NCBI GenBank assembly: GCA_963514005.1
Contig: OY740817.1
Location: 14,632,001-14,696,000 of the forward strand
Direction of reading: 5' to 3'
Length of the DNA: 64,000 nucleotides
Source of the DNA: Raja brachyura
Taxonomy: Eukaryota
Shown here piece after piece: positions 47,310 to 61,075 of the stretch; positions within the stretch are counted from its first letter, which is position 1; every line of letters begins with the position of its first letter. The translations under genes were made by a program, and so were the position numbers. The notes under the pieces were generated by a model. It had not been told where the DNA came from. It did no database searches and saw nothing but the letters and a program-made list of their open reading frames with translations.

Positions 47310-49180
47310 GCATTCATGTCTGATGATACAGTGGTCTACAAGAAGTCCAGATACGACCTTGGTAAGGCAATCAAAAAGGCCAAAAGGCAGTTCTGCTCCA
47401 AGCTGGAGGATGAGAGCAGATGCTCGGCAGCTATGGCGGGGCCTGAATGCAATCACCTCCCACAAGGCGAAATCAGGAGGCAGCTCGAATGTCGGCGAAA
47501 CAACACTCCCTGATGAGCTCAATGTATTTTACGCACGTTTTGATAGGGAGAACACCGATGTGCCTTCCCGAGCCCCGATTCGCTGTGATGGTATTTCAGT
47601 CTCAGTCACAGAGGCCAACGTCAGGAAATCGTTCAGAGGGGTGAACCCTCGAAAAGCGCCTGGACCTGATGGTATACCAGGTCGTGTTCTAAAAACCTGT
47701 GCGGACCAACTGGCTTGAGTTTATACGGACATTTTCAACCTCTCGCTTCTGAGGTCTGAGGTTCCCACCTGCTTCAAAAGGGCATCAATTATACCAGTGC
47801 CCAAGAAGAACAAGGTGACGTGCCTCAATGACTATCGACCTGTGGCACTAACGCCTGTGGTGATGAAGTGCTTCGAGAGGTTGATCATGGCGCAAATCAA
47901 CTCCTACCTCGACAAAAACCTGGACCCACTGCAGTTCGCTTACCGCCACAACAGACCAACGGTGGACGCGATCTCGCTGGCCCTCCACTCCGTTCTGGAC
48001 CACTTGGACAACAAAAACTCATATGTCAGGCTGTTATTCATCGATTACAGCTCGGCATTTAATACTATCATCCCCTCCAAGCTGGTTACCAAACTCGCAG
48101 AACTGGGTCTCTGCGCATCCCTCTGCAATTGGATCCTCGACTTCCTCATTGACAGACCACAGTCTGTTCGTATTGGTGGAAATGTGTCAGACTCGATAAC
48201 AATCAGCACGGGGGCACCTCAAGGCTGCGTGCTCAGCCCCCTGCTGTACTCACTCTATACTTATGACTGCGTTGCCGGTCATAGTGCAAACTCCATCATC
48301 AAGTTCGCGTGACGACACCACTGTTGCGGGATGTATCAGTGATGGGGATGAGTCAGAGTACAGAAGAGAGATCGAGCAACTGTCCATATGATGCCAGCAC
48401 AATAACCTGGCCCTCAACACCAGCAAAACCAAGGAACTGATTGTGGACTTTGGAAGGAGGAGGATGGGGACCCACAGTCCCGTTTATATCAACGGGTCAA
48501 TGGATGAAAGGGTCAAGAGCGTCAAATTCCTGGGCGTGCACATCTCTGAAGATCTTTCCTGGTCCAAGAACACCGATGCAATTATCAAGAAAGCTTATCA
48601 GCGCCTCTACTTCCTGAGAAGATTACGGAGAGTCGGTTTGTCAAGGAGGACTCTCTCTAACTTCTACAGGTACACAGTAGAGAGCTTGCTGACCGGTTGT
48701 ATCGTGGCTTGGTTTGGCAACTTGAGTGCCCTGGAGAGGAAAAGACTACAAAAAGCAGTAAGCACTGCCCAGTCCATCATCGGCTCTGACCTTCCTTCCA
48801 TTGAGGGGATTTATCGCGGTTGCCGCCTCAAAAAGGCTGGCAGCATCATCAAGGACCCACACCATCCTGGCCACACACTCATCTCCCTGCTACCTTCAGG
48901 TAGAAGGTACAGGAGCCTGAAGACTGCAACGACCAGGTTCAGGAATAGCTACTTCCCCACAGCCACCAGGCTATTAAACCAGGCACGGACAAAACTCTGA
49001 ACATTAATAATCCATTGTCTGTTATTTGCACTTGATCAGTTTATTTATTCATGTGTGTATTTACGTATATAATGGTATATGGACACACTGATCTGTTTTG
49101 TAGTCAATGCCTACTATGTTCTGTTGTGCTGAATTCATTGTCCTATCAGGGACACATGACAATAAACTACGTGAACTTGA
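47310..49180 (+). mobile_element. Rex1/Babar LINE, 5'-truncated, in the IgV1-IgC intron
   Basis: [23 protein letters not shown] and KFA/DD across frameshifts; AATAAA and (GAACTT)n tail. Confidence 0.95.
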
Positions 49181-49293
49181 ACTCAGCGGGACATTCAGCA
49201 TCTCTGGAGAGAAGGAATGGGTGAGACCTTTCCCCGGACACCACCGCTGTTAATACAAAGAAAAGCTTAAAACCAAAGATCATGAATCTTTAC

Positions 49294-49632
49294 CTGCTAC
49301 TTGTAGTGTGACTGGAACTTGTAGAACCACGCTGTAGCCCCCAGTGGGGTGTTTCAACTGAATGAGGCATGTGTACGTGGCTGCGTCGCTCACTCGGAGG
49401 TCGGTGAGAAGAAGGGAGAAGTTGCCGTGTTTGAACTCTGCGGTGAACAGCCTTGCCCTGGTGCCCAGGCCCGAAGTGTGGTCCTCTCTGCCCATATGGA
49501 AGGAATGGATTAACCGCTTGTCCACCTGCCAGTAAACGCGAATATCATTGTTGGCTTGTTTCCCCACGTTGGTGTCCAGACAGGGCAGGAGGGCACTTTC
49601 ACCCACAAAACCCGTGAGGTTAGACGGCGACA
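49294..49632 (-). CDS. B7-like gene exon 3: first IgV domain
   Basis: ttttatccccag| ... |gtaaag, 339 nt, phase 1-1. V-set C, W and DxxxYxC motifs; B7-type RVYWQ and GNFSL. Confidence 0.92.
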
Positions 49633-50734
49633 CTGGGGATAAAATAAGTACAAAATAAGCCAGGGTCTCGTCCACTCATTCATTCTCCCCACAGATGCTG
49701 CCTGTCCCGCTGAGTTACTCCAGCATTTTATGACTATCTTCGGCTGAAACCAGCATCTGGATCTGAAACCAGTTCCTTCCTACACATTTTTTTTAGTTTA
49801 GAGATACAGCGAGGAAACAGGCCCTTTGACCCACCCAGTCCACGTCGACCAGTGATCCCCGCACACTAACACTATCCTACATACGCTAGGGACAATCTAC
49901 AATTGTTACCGAAGCCAATTAACCTGCTAACATGTACGTCTTTGGAGTGTGGGAGGAAACCGGAGCACCCGGAGAAAACCCACATGGGTCATGAGGGGAT
50001 CATACAAACTCCATACAAACAGCACCCATAGTCAGGCTTGAACACAGGTCTCTGGCACTGGGAGGCAGCAACTCTACTGTGGCGCCACCCTCTTTTTCTG
50101 AAGAAAAAGTATAACATACAATATTTCTAAGGATCGCAACTATTGTGTTATGGCAGCACTGCAGCTCAAAGTCATCCCTCTTCATCTCCCAGGGTTATTG
50201 CTGGTCCGTCTCCCTAGAGTCGAGAACCTTCTGGCCACTGGCAATCCCTGTGGACTGGGATCTGAAACTATAACTTTATCACTCACATGGAGGAAGGCTG
50301 AAATAACAGAGGCTTGGATGGAGTTCTCTCCGGACGTACTTCCCACAGGCTGGGGTTGCCCCACCACTGGTGTATGTGTGGGACAGGCTGTCGACAGACA
50401 GATGAAGCATAACTGTCTTTTCTCAGACACAACAGAGGTGATCCGTGCATCTTTTAGAGTTACAGAGGGTGGTGCAGCGGTAGAGTTGCTGCCTCACAGC
50501 GCCAGAGACCCGGGTTTGGACCGGACTATGGGTGTTGCCTGTACAGAGTTTGCACGTTCTCCCCGTGACCACGTGGATTTTCTCTGGGTGCTCCGGTCTC
50601 CTCCCACACTCCAAAGACATTCGGGTTTGTATTTGGTTGATTATTAGGACTGGATGTTACAATCCCTAAGATTTCACTACAATTGACATTCTTGGGGATG
50701 ACCACCAGGTGAATTTTGCTAACAATCAGACACA

Positions 50735-52232
50735 TCTTCAATTGTGTAGCTCAACGTCACTGGGTGTTTCGGCCTTTTATCACAAGACACCCTCAGTCAA
50801 GGCAGGCCCACCACAGGTTGATCAGACCATCAGATGCGTGTCTTATTGCTAGCCTCTAGATGGTCACGTGGCAGCCCAGACAGCATCTTTCCTCTTCAGC
50901 CACAGCCAGTGACTGCTCAGTTCGGCGGCATTGGCAAGTTCTTTTATTGCCCTCCTTTGTGCCTGCCCTTTGACTCCCTCAGGAGCGTTACGATGGAACT
51001 GGCTACAAAGCCTCTGCACCCCACCTCCACTGGACACACCCTTACCCTCCAACCTCTCTCCTCTGCCTCTGCTGCAAGGTTTGAATATCGAAGCTTTTCC
51101 TTTCATAAGCCTCGTCCACAGCCTCCTCCCAGGGGACCGTCAGCTCAATGATGAAAACACGCCGACAGGAGTTGGACCAGAGAAAGAAGTCTGGTCGCAT
51201 GTTGGTAGCTGCGATTTCAACTGGGAACGAAAGCCTCTGGCCTAGGTCAACACGCATTTCCCAGTTCCTGGATGCGTTCAGTGGCATGAGTTGAGAGGCG
51301 AGGGGTTAGTCCTCCGTTTCTCTCCTTCCCGGATGAAGGATGGTATTTGCGGGAATGTTATCTGGACATTGATAGGCATGGCGTTGGTGGTAACTCTCTT
51401 GCACTCGAGTTCAGCTGCCAAACACCTCAGCACCTGGTTGTGTCGCCAGGTGCATCTGCCTTGTGTTAGGCTGGTCTTACAACCGACCAGGATGTGCTTG
51501 AGGTTTGCTGGAACTGCAAACCGGGGGCAGGCTGGATCCTCTCCCAGCCAAAGATTTAGGTTTGTGGGAGAGGAAAGACGTCATATGTGGCTCTGATAAT
51601 GAAGCTCAACTTATTTAACTCCTTGGTCCACAGCTCTCTCCATGTGATCTTCCTCCTTTCAACGCCATCCCACCTCATCCAGCGGCCTTGTTTGGCTTGG
51701 GATACGGCTTTGGCACACCTGGCCTCTTCTTCCTGGTGGCGCACCTCCTCCACCACCAGGTGCCGACGTTCAGCTGGAGTAGCCTTTTGCCAGGTAGGTT
51801 TGATTGCTCCCAGGCCAAAGCCCCCTCTGCCTTGTTGGACATGGCCCACTATGTCCCGGTGTTGGAGGGCGGATTTTGCGTCCAGTACCACTGCTGCTGG
51901 AGTCCATTTCCTACCTGTTGCTAGGGTTGGAGCGACACCTCTTATTATTGGGTCCCGGGATTCTGTTAGTGTCATGTCCAGCCTCACTTTGGCACATTTG
52001 TACTCCTCCACCAGGCTTGAGACTGGCAGTGAGAGAGCTCCATTTCCATAGAACCCTATGCTGCTGAGGCATCTCGGTAACCCAAGCCACTTCCTCACTT
52101 GTGAGTTCACCAGTCTCTCCAGCTTGTTGGCATGGGATAAAGTGACCTCGTAGATGGTAATTGGCCACATGAGTCGGGGCCGTAGACCGAATTGCAGGCA
52201 CCAAAGCTTCAGCTTCCCTGGGAGAATTGACG
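50735..52232 (-). mobile_element. R2/Hero-type non-LTR element 3' half (RT C-terminus, CCHC, restriction-like endonuclease)
   Basis: VRKWLGLPRCLSSIGFYG...TGRKW; RPDFFLW...IIELTVPWEE (PD-(D/E)xK). Confidence 0.9.
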
Positions 52233-52676
52233 TCTATAAAGTATAAATTGTCCCTAGTATGTAGGTTGGTGCTAGTATGCGGGGTGATCGCTGGTCTGTG
52301 TGGACTCGGTGGGCCAAAACATACACTGTATCTCTAAACCAAGCATGAAATCAAGCCCCTTGGCCCACCGAGCCCACACCGTCCATCGATCGCCTGTTCA
52401 CATTAGTTCTGTGTTATCCCACTTTCTCATCCACTCCGTACACACTCGGGGTAATTTTACAGAAGGCTAATTAACCTACAAACCCGCACATCTTTGGGAT
52501 GTGGGAGGAAACCGGAGCACCTGGAGAAAATCCACATGGTTACAGAGAGAACGTGCAAACTCCACACAGGCAACACCGGAGGTCAGGTTCCAACCCGGGT
52601 CTCTGGTGCTGTGAGGCAGTGGCTTTAGTTCATGAAACTAATGGACCTATTCAGAGAAGTGGAAATGAATTCTTAC

Positions 52677-52738
52677 CTGTTCTGCAACACAAAAGCAGCA
52701 AAGCACATTGGAGCAGCGCAGCCACCCGTCTGGTCACC
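52677..52738 (-). CDS. B7-like gene exon 2: signal peptide
   Basis: gtgttacag| G GTG ACC...AGA ACA G |gtaaga, phase 2 to 1. VTRRVAALLQCALLLLCCRT joins exon 1 and IgV1 in frame. Confidence 0.88.
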
Positions 52739-52789
52739 CTGTAACACAGTGAATGCATTGATATTTCAAAGGTGAATCCGTTTACAAGT

Positions 52790-53215
52790 TACTGACAATA
52801 GCCACACGCAAATTGGAGGAATAGCATCTCATATTTCGCTTCGGCAGCTTACAACCAGTGGTATAAATATTGATTTCTCTAATTTCAAGTAACCCTTGCA
52901 TCCCCTCTCTCTCTCTCCATCCCTCCCCTGCCCTAGTTATCCTGCTAGTTTTACTGTTTGTATCCCTTCATTATCACCCCCTCCACAGCCAACAATGGAC
53001 CATTGTGGGCTCTTTGGCTGACGGTCCCAGCTCAGATTTCTTCTGTACCTTAACATACCGCTAGTTTCCCTCTCCCCTGACTCTCAGTCTGAAGAAGGGT
53101 CCCCACCTGAAACGTCACCCATTCCTTCTCTCCAGAGATGCTGCCTGACCCGCTGAGTTTTTGTGTCTGTCTTCGGTTTAAACCAGCATTTGTAGTTCTG
53201 TCCAGCACATCACAA
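52790..53215 (+). mobile_element. Penelope-like element 3' end with hammerhead motif
   Basis: GIY-YIG C-terminus (HLIFRFGSLQP...NIDFSNFK*), pyrimidine tract, then CTGAAGA-AGGGTCCCCACCT-GAAACGTC at 53089-53116. Confidence 0.85.
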
Positions 53216-53485
53216 CTTCCTGATCTTTAGTCAGACTTTAATGGACTTTATCTTTTACTAAACATTATTCCCTTTATCCTGTATCTGCATCTGACGGCTT
53301 GGTTGTAATCACATATAGACTTCCTGCTGATGGAATAACAAAAACCGTTTGCGTTATATCTTGGTACACGTGACAGTAATAAACTAAATCAAAGTTATTT
53401 TTTAGTTTAGTTTAGTGATTCAGCATATAAACATTTCCTTCAGCCCACCGAGTCCATGTGACCAGTGATCCCCGCACACTAACAC

Positions 53486-53522
<37 letters not shown>

Positions 53523-54716
53523 GATAATTTCCGCGCTGTATCTCTAAACTAAACACCGTACAGACAGCACCCGTAATCAGGATCGAACCTGGGTCTCTGG
53601 TGCTGTGAGGCAGCAACTCAAATTGAATACAGAAAATGCTGCAGAGACACATCAGGTGAGGCTGGGAGTGAAGCGGTTAATGATTCAGGTTGACGGCTTT
53701 TCAACAAAACCGAAAGATGACTTCATCTCCTGGAAACTTTCCCAGCAGTTTCAGCACAGCTCGAACCACAGGAGCCACACACGGCCTTCCCTCGGCCCAG
53801 CCACTGCCCGACTCCATCACACTCACTCACTCTCCTGGATCCACTAACACTTACTTTACTTCAGTTTAGCACAGCACAGAATCGTGCCCTTCGGCCCATC
53901 AAGTTTGCGCCAACCAGCGATCCCCGCACATTAATTGGCTTGGTATTAATGTAAATTGTCCCTAGTGTGCGTGTAGGATAGTGTTAGTGTGCAGGGATTG
54001 CTGGTCACTGTGGACTCAGTGGGCCGAAGGGCCTGTTTCCGTGCTGTATCTCCAAACTAAAAATTAATGATCAACACACACTAGGGACAATTTGCCTTTT
54101 TTTATACCAAGCCAATGAACTGAAAAACCAGTACGTCTTTGGAGTGTGGGAGGAAAGCGAAGATCTCGGAAAAAACCCATGCAGGTCATGGGGAGAACGT
54201 AAAACTATCTCTCTTCTGCTCTCTTCTATGTTCGGTCACAGATAGAGCATGCAAACTCCACACAGACAGCGCCAGAGATCCCAATCGAATCCTGCCCACA
54301 ACAGCGCCACCTGCAGAATCACTGCACCACCCAGTGGTCGGAGGACTGTTCACCGGTGAGCTCAGCTTTGAGACATTCAGCAGAAATAAAATGTGCCCAT
54401 TGCGAAACAAATCCCTGATCCTCTAATAATAAACTTGTTGACACAAATCTACCAAGAAAGTTATACTTATTTTCACGAAAGAGTCCAGGGGTAATACCCT
54501 GAATGAAAAATGGCGCTAGGTGGAAAATAAAAGTCATTTATTGCAGGGGGATTTTCTGATGGTCACTAGGAATGAGAAAAGAAAATTAGTTCCCTAACCC
54601 CTAACTACTTATTTTCCTTCCTCCGGCTCTTCCAATTCACTTCTGAATTGTGAGCAGTACAGCATACTTTTTGCAGAAGTGCTCAGGGCAGTGCGTGTCA
54701 GCATTAGAACATAGAG

Positions 54717-55746
54717 TAGCAATGTTACAAAATTTTGAGATTTAGAAAAATCAAGTCTGCAATTTATCCCATCAGATAAAGCATAAAAAGAAGTTTAATT
54801 TGACACCTAATTTACTTTCATATCTTCAGTATTAAGAAAGTTATGGCCATTTTCATACTCGGAAATTAGCATCTTGCCCCCCATTGCCTTCAATTAACTC
54901 AAAAGCTGTGATCTGGAAAAGTTAAAAGTCCATAACTTTCTTAAAAATTAAGAGAACTCAATGAAATTTTCAGTTATTATAGATTGAAGCATTCTGAAAC
55001 AAATATGAAACAATCTTACTTGGATGACCTGAAATTAAAGCATATAATTAGTTAGTTATCTAATTGTAGCTAATTACAAAATTCAATGAGTAGATCTAAA
55101 CATCTATCCATTTCTTAAAAAAAGATAAAAACAATTGAAATTGCCTAAGTATCCAAATAACATTCACACAATAATCCACAATATAACATAATTTTTAAAT
55201 CTCATTTTCATGAATTTTTGGGCCAAATGGAAGGAATTTAGTGTTTCATGCTTGTAAATTAATGGCCATTTAAATCAACTAGCGAGTGGGTTTTAGTGGA
55301 ATGCGGTGGATTGGAACGTTGCGGTTAGCGGTGAAGTCGGGTGGAAAAATAGTGTTTGTTCATACATTTTTTGGGAGCCCATTTCGCAACATAAAAATAT
55401 TATTAAAGCCTCCCGAAAAACCAACGTTTAATATAAAAAAAAACTATTTACCTTTTCTTCTCCCCTACGCTAAATCCTTCCGGTTGTCGGTGCTCACGGC
55501 TTTTGAAGGTGATTTTTAAATGACTCTAGTTAATAAATAATTTAGAGTAATTTAAAAATACCTTCATTGATGAAATGTCGGAGCGATTGTTCTTCCGCAA
55601 CCAAATCACCCGACATTCATCGATTTGTCCTGCCTGTTGAAAAACGGCACTTTAAGCCCGCCCCCCTCTGAAAGGCGCCAAAGTCGCGCACACGGGGAGC
55701 GGCAGAAGTGCAGCGCTGCGCAAGGTAAGTTTTGCAACATACCTAC
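54717..55746 (-). mobile_element. Non-autonomous TIR DNA transposon (possibly Academ-like)
   Basis: Imperfect TIR TAGCAATGTTACAAAA / TTTTGCAACATACCTA; homologous to 19005-20918. Confidence 0.65.
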
Positions 55747-56099
55747 TGTTTCCACGCTGTATCTCTCAACTAAAATGAAATCAGATAATACACTACATAA
55801 ATACAATCACGCCAAACTCAAGTACAACAGGTAGAGCAAAGGGTAAGGTACAGAGTGCAGAATATAGTTCTCGGCATTGTAGCGCATCAGTTCCAGAGAC
55901 AAAGTCTAGTGTCTGCAATGGAGCAGAGGTGAATCGAACAGTACCATAGATTATGGATGGACCGTTCAAAGCCTGATATCAGAGGGGAAGAAGCTGTTCC
56001 TGAGTCTGATGGGTGCGCTTTGAAGCTTCTGTACCTTGTGCCAGACGGGAGATGTTGGATTAACCTGGGCGGGACACGTCTTTAATTATGTTGGCTGCT

Positions 56100-58695
56100 C
56101 TCCACAGGGCAGCGTGCGCTGGTAATGAGGTTCCGACGGTGCAGGAAATAACTGACTGGGAGGGCTCCCCTCACCGCCAGCCAAGCCAGGTCTTGGTTCT
56201 TGTTGGTGAGCTCTGGCGATGAAGCATTTTGCCAGACACGCTGGGTAGTCTGCTCTGGAAACCATGCCACCAGATCCATCGAGTCCTTTCCCTGCAGTGC
56301 CTGCAGGACATTCCGTGCTGACCACTGCCCGATGGACATGTGGTCAAAGGTGTTGGTCCGGAAGAACCATTCCACAAACGACAGATGGGGCAGCAATGTG
56401 TGGCATCTGCGCCAGGCCCATCCTTCGCAACACCGGGGACAGGTAGAACCTCAGCAGGTAGTGACACTTGGTGCCCACGTGCCTTGGCTCTACACTCCGC
56501 CTGATGCAGCCACACACGAAGGTGGTCATCAGGATGAGAGCGACGTTGGGCACGCTTTTACCCCCGTTGTCTGCTGACTTGTACATTGTGGCCCGTCGCA
56601 CCCGGTCTATCCTCGACCCCCAGATGAACTGGAAGACGGCCCGGGTGATCCCTGTGGCGTAGGAGGTAGGGACAGGCCACACTTGCACCAAGTACAGCAG
56701 CCCCGAGAACACCTCACACCTGATGACCAAATTTTTCCCGGTTTTAAGGTTGCTTTCACAGCTCCAGTTTCATCCCCCCCTTGGCTATCCGCTCCAGCCA
56801 ATTCTTGTTACATGCCTCAGCCCCCCCGAACCAGATCCCCAGCACCTTCAAGAACTCAGGCTTGATGGTGAAAGGGACGGAAGATCTGTCGGGCCAGTTG
56901 CCAAAGAGCATGGCCTCGCTCTTTCTGCGGTTCACCCTGGGCCCGTGGCCGACTCAAACTGGTCGCAGATGCTGATCAATCTGCGGACCAACCCTGGATC
57001 CGAGCAGAAGACAACGACATCGTCCATGTACAGGGATGTTTTGACTTGAATGCCCCCACTGCCTGGCAATGTCTCTCCTCTTATGCTTGCGTCCTTCCTG
57101 ATGGACTCAGCAAAATGTTCAATACAACAGGCGAACAAGACAGGGGAGAGAGGGCAACCCTGCCTGACTCCAGACCTTACAGGGAAACTGTCTGATTCCC
57201 ACCCATTGATTTGCACTGCACTACGGATATTGGTGTAGGGCAGTTTGATCCAATTCCTGATTCATGTGCAATATCCTGTCGAAGGCCTTCTCCTGGTCCA
57301 AGCTGAATAGGCAGGCATCCACCCGTCTGTCCTGCACGTAGGCAATGGATCCAGGGTCGCCAGGCTGTCTGAGATATTCCTGCCAGGTACAGCACAGGTT
57401 TGGTCCGGATGGATCACCTGTCCCAGAGCAGACTTGACCCAGTTGGCGATGGCCTTAGACAGGATCTTGTAATCGACATTCAACAATGTGATGGGTCTCC
57501 AATTCCTTATATCATTCATCTCCCCCTTCTGCTTGTAGATTAGGGTGATGCTGCCCTTCCTCATGCAGTCTGACATGCTGCCGACTAGAATTCAGTAAGC
57601 TCCTCTAAAGTCAGTGGTTGGTCCAGACTCTCCCGCTTGCTGTCCTCCAAGACCTCCGTGATAGAGGACAGGAAGCTCTGGGAGGCGGTGCTGTCTGTGG
57701 CCTTTCTGTCTTACAAATCTGCGTAAAAGGATTTGCAGATCCTCAGCATGTCCGTCTGCGAGGATGTTACCGAGCCGTCCTCCTCCCTAAGGCTGTTCAT
57801 CACAGAGCTCCCCCTGTGAACCTTATGGAAGAAGAAGCGTGAGCACGTCTCATCCTGCTCCACATGGCGGACCCTAGATCGGAAGATGATCTTGGAGGAT
57901 TCAGAGGTTAAGAGCCGAGCTTGCCGGTCCTACACCTCTCTAAGTTTCACCCTCACATCCACCCCTCTCGACTGCAGAAGGAGCAGTTGCTGTAAATCTA
58001 TCTGGAGTAGACACAATTCCATCTGACTCTGTCTTGCTCTCTGAACCCCTTTAAATATGAAGAACCTCTTAATGTTCTCCTTGGTTGCTTCCCACCAGAG
58101 TGTCGGGGAGTCAAAGAGGGGCCTCACCGCCTGCAGGGTCGCTGAAGACGTTGTGTCACTTTGCATCTTTTACCGTCTCCATCAGGAACTATGATTATGG
58201 AACTCACTGCCAGATCACGTGAAATGTATCCCTACATATGTCACATTCAAAAGAAAACACAAAATTGTGGCTAATTCAACAACAATCTTGGTCTCATATT
58301 TAGTTTTTACACTGTGCTCTCTCTGTATGTCTTTTTCTCTTTTCCATTTTTTATCTCATTTTCATTTTCCTATTTTTTATAATTTTAATCTGTATTATCA
58401 TTTTTAACCAAAAGCCCTACTAGGGACAAGTGTTGCGAATTAGCTTTGGCTAAAACACTATGATGCATACATCAGATGACTGTTTCAAGTGTATCTATGT
58501 TTTTGTATCTGTCCCTATTTAAATAAACCTTAATCAATCAACTTGGACGTGCTGTCCAGTCTGTTGTCGGCACTGCCAGATCGTCCAGCCGCATCAATGA
58601 TGCAGTTTAAGTCACCGGCCTGGCCGGGATGTGGCCAGCAGCGGTGAGGCATACACATTAATCAGCCAGAGTGGAGAGCCCCGGTACATTACATC
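56100..58695 (-). mobile_element. Tx1/L1-clade LINE ORF2 relic in intron 1
   Basis: NWRPITLLNVDYKI, RQGCPLSP, YMDD, GGKSVPN and a C-terminal CP motif. Confidence 0.92.
58191..58539 (+). mobile_element. Short L2/Crack-group LINE 3' end, specific to copy B
   Basis: WNSLPDHVK motif, AATAAA and (ATCA)n tail, TSD AACT. The empty site is at 1387-1390. Confidence 0.8.
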
Positions 58696-61075
58696 TCCTG
58701 GTGGTGCAATGTATCACGGATGCGAATTGTGGACACAGACCAGCGCACAAACCAACCTCCCTTCCATTGACACCATTTATACCTCACACTGCCTCAGCAA
58801 AACCAGCAGCATAATCAAGGACGAGTCGCACCCTGGTCACTCCCTATTCTCCCCTCTCCCATTAGGCCAAAAGGTTTGGTGTGTGAAAATGCACACCTCC
58901 AGATTCAGAGACAGTTTCTTCCCAGCTGTTATCAGGCAACTGAATCATCCTACCAAAACCTGAGAGCAGTGCTGAACTACTCTCTACTTCATTGGTGATT
59001 CTGGGACTATCCTTGATCAGACTTTACTGGCTTTACCTTGCACTAAACGGTAATCATTAATCATGTATCCTCCACTGCAAATGGACCAATTGTAATCATG
59101 TTGAAGAGAGAACTGCAGATGTTGGAAAAATCGAAGGTAGACAAAAATGCTGGAGAAACTCAGCGGGTGAGGCAACGTCTATGGAGCAAAGGAATATGTG
59201 ACGTTTCAGGTCGAGAGCCTTCTACAGATTGTAATCATGTATTGTCTTTGTGACTGGTTGGAACGGAACAAAAGCTTTTCCGTGTACGTCGATACACATG
59301 ATAAAAAACTAAACTAAACAAAAAAATGCGTGGGAAAGATTTCCTGGTGCCCATCCCTGGGGAAGTCCCATCTTCCCTCCGATTCAACAAGTGATTTTTC
59401 ACAACCAATTTTTCTTTCCTGTTCCTGACGCAATTTTCTATCAGTCCTGCGACAGCTCTTTTTATTCCCTCACAGAGTTTGGTGTTTCCACTCCATTTTC
59501 CAGCCCCTGTTTTCACCCACACCCTCCCCTCAGCCCATCTGCATCTTTACTTTTGCCTAGTGTGTTCACGTTCTTCCCCTCGCACACATTGCTCCATTTG
59601 CCCAGCATCTGCCTGCTCACTTTAGACTTCAGTGATACAGCGCAGAAACAGGCCCTTCGGCCCACTGAGTACCTGCCAAGCAGCGATCTAGCACTATCCT
59701 ACACACACGAGGGACAATTCTACCCATGCAAATTAACCTACAAACCTGTACGTCTTTGGAGTACGGGAGGAAACCGGAGCACCTGGAGAAAACCCATGCG
59801 GTCACTGGGAGAATGTACAGGCCGTACAGACAGCACATGTAGTCAGGATCAAACACGGGTCTCTGGCGCTGTGAGGCAGCAGATCTGATGCCGAGCCACC
59901 TTAAATGTGTCACTTGGTTCCACCTATGACATACCAGCCCGTCTCACCCTCATATCTTCTGTCTCACCCTCATATCTTTACACTACCTTACGCTGATTAA
60001 AGTAAAAATGTCATTGTTCCGTTTCGGGACATATGACATTAAAACTCTCTTGAATCCCTCCATCTAAACTCTCAGTCCTGTTTCCGATGTTGGGGGAGTC
60101 CAGAACCAGGGGCCACAGTTTAAGAATAAGGGATAAGCCTTTTAGAAAGGAGAGGAGGAAACACTTTTTCTCACAGAGAGTTGTGAGTGTGTGGAATTCT
60201 CTGCCTCAGAGGGCGGTGGAGGCCGGTTCTCAAGAAAGAGCTAGATAGGGCACTTAATGATAGTGGAGTCAGGGGATATGGGGAGAAGGAAGGAACAGGG
60301 TACTGATTGGGGATGATCAGCCATGATCACATTGAATGGCGGTGCTGGCTCAAAGGGCCGAATAGCCTACTCCTGCACCTGTTGTCTTTTGTCTATTGCA
60401 AGATCCTGATCCGAAACATCGATTGTCTGTTTGCCTCCACAGATGCTGTCTGTCCCACAAGCCCTCATCACTCAACGTGTACAAACACTAGCCGCCCCAT
60501 CCTTTAAACTTTGCCCCCTCACCTGAACGCTACGGCCTCTGCTTCACCCTGATGATGCCTCATACACTAGTAAGAATACATTTCAAACATGATGGACTTT
60601 TTCAGTGAAAGACCGACTCAGTAAAGACAGATACATAAGCAAGTAAACAAATTGTACCCACCCCATCATTTCACACCAGCCACTCCCTCTTCTCCCATCA
60701 GGTAATATAGAAGTGTGAAAATGCACACCACCAGAGATACAGCGCGGAAACAGGCCCTTCAGCCCACTGAGTTCGCACCGCACATTAACACTATCCTACA
60801 GAAGTCAATCCCGGGGAAAACCCGCGCAGGTCACAGGGAGAATAGAAACATAGAAAATAGGCGCAGCACGAGGCCATTTGGCCCTTCGAGCCAGCACCGC
60901 CATTCAATGTGATCATGGCTGATCATCCACAATCAATAGCCCGTGCCTGCCTGCCTTCTCCTCATATCCCTTGATTCCCAATGTGCAAACTCCGTGCAGA
61001 CAGCAGCTGAAGTCGGGATGGAATGCGGGTCTCTGGCGCTGCTGTCGACCTGCGCTTCTTCCCGGGTTATCCTAC

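Noticed and set aside
50150-50647. ORFs in intron 2 as an extra B7 exon
   Set aside because: No Ig motifs or convincing phase-1 splice pair, and the longer ORF runs into a SINE.
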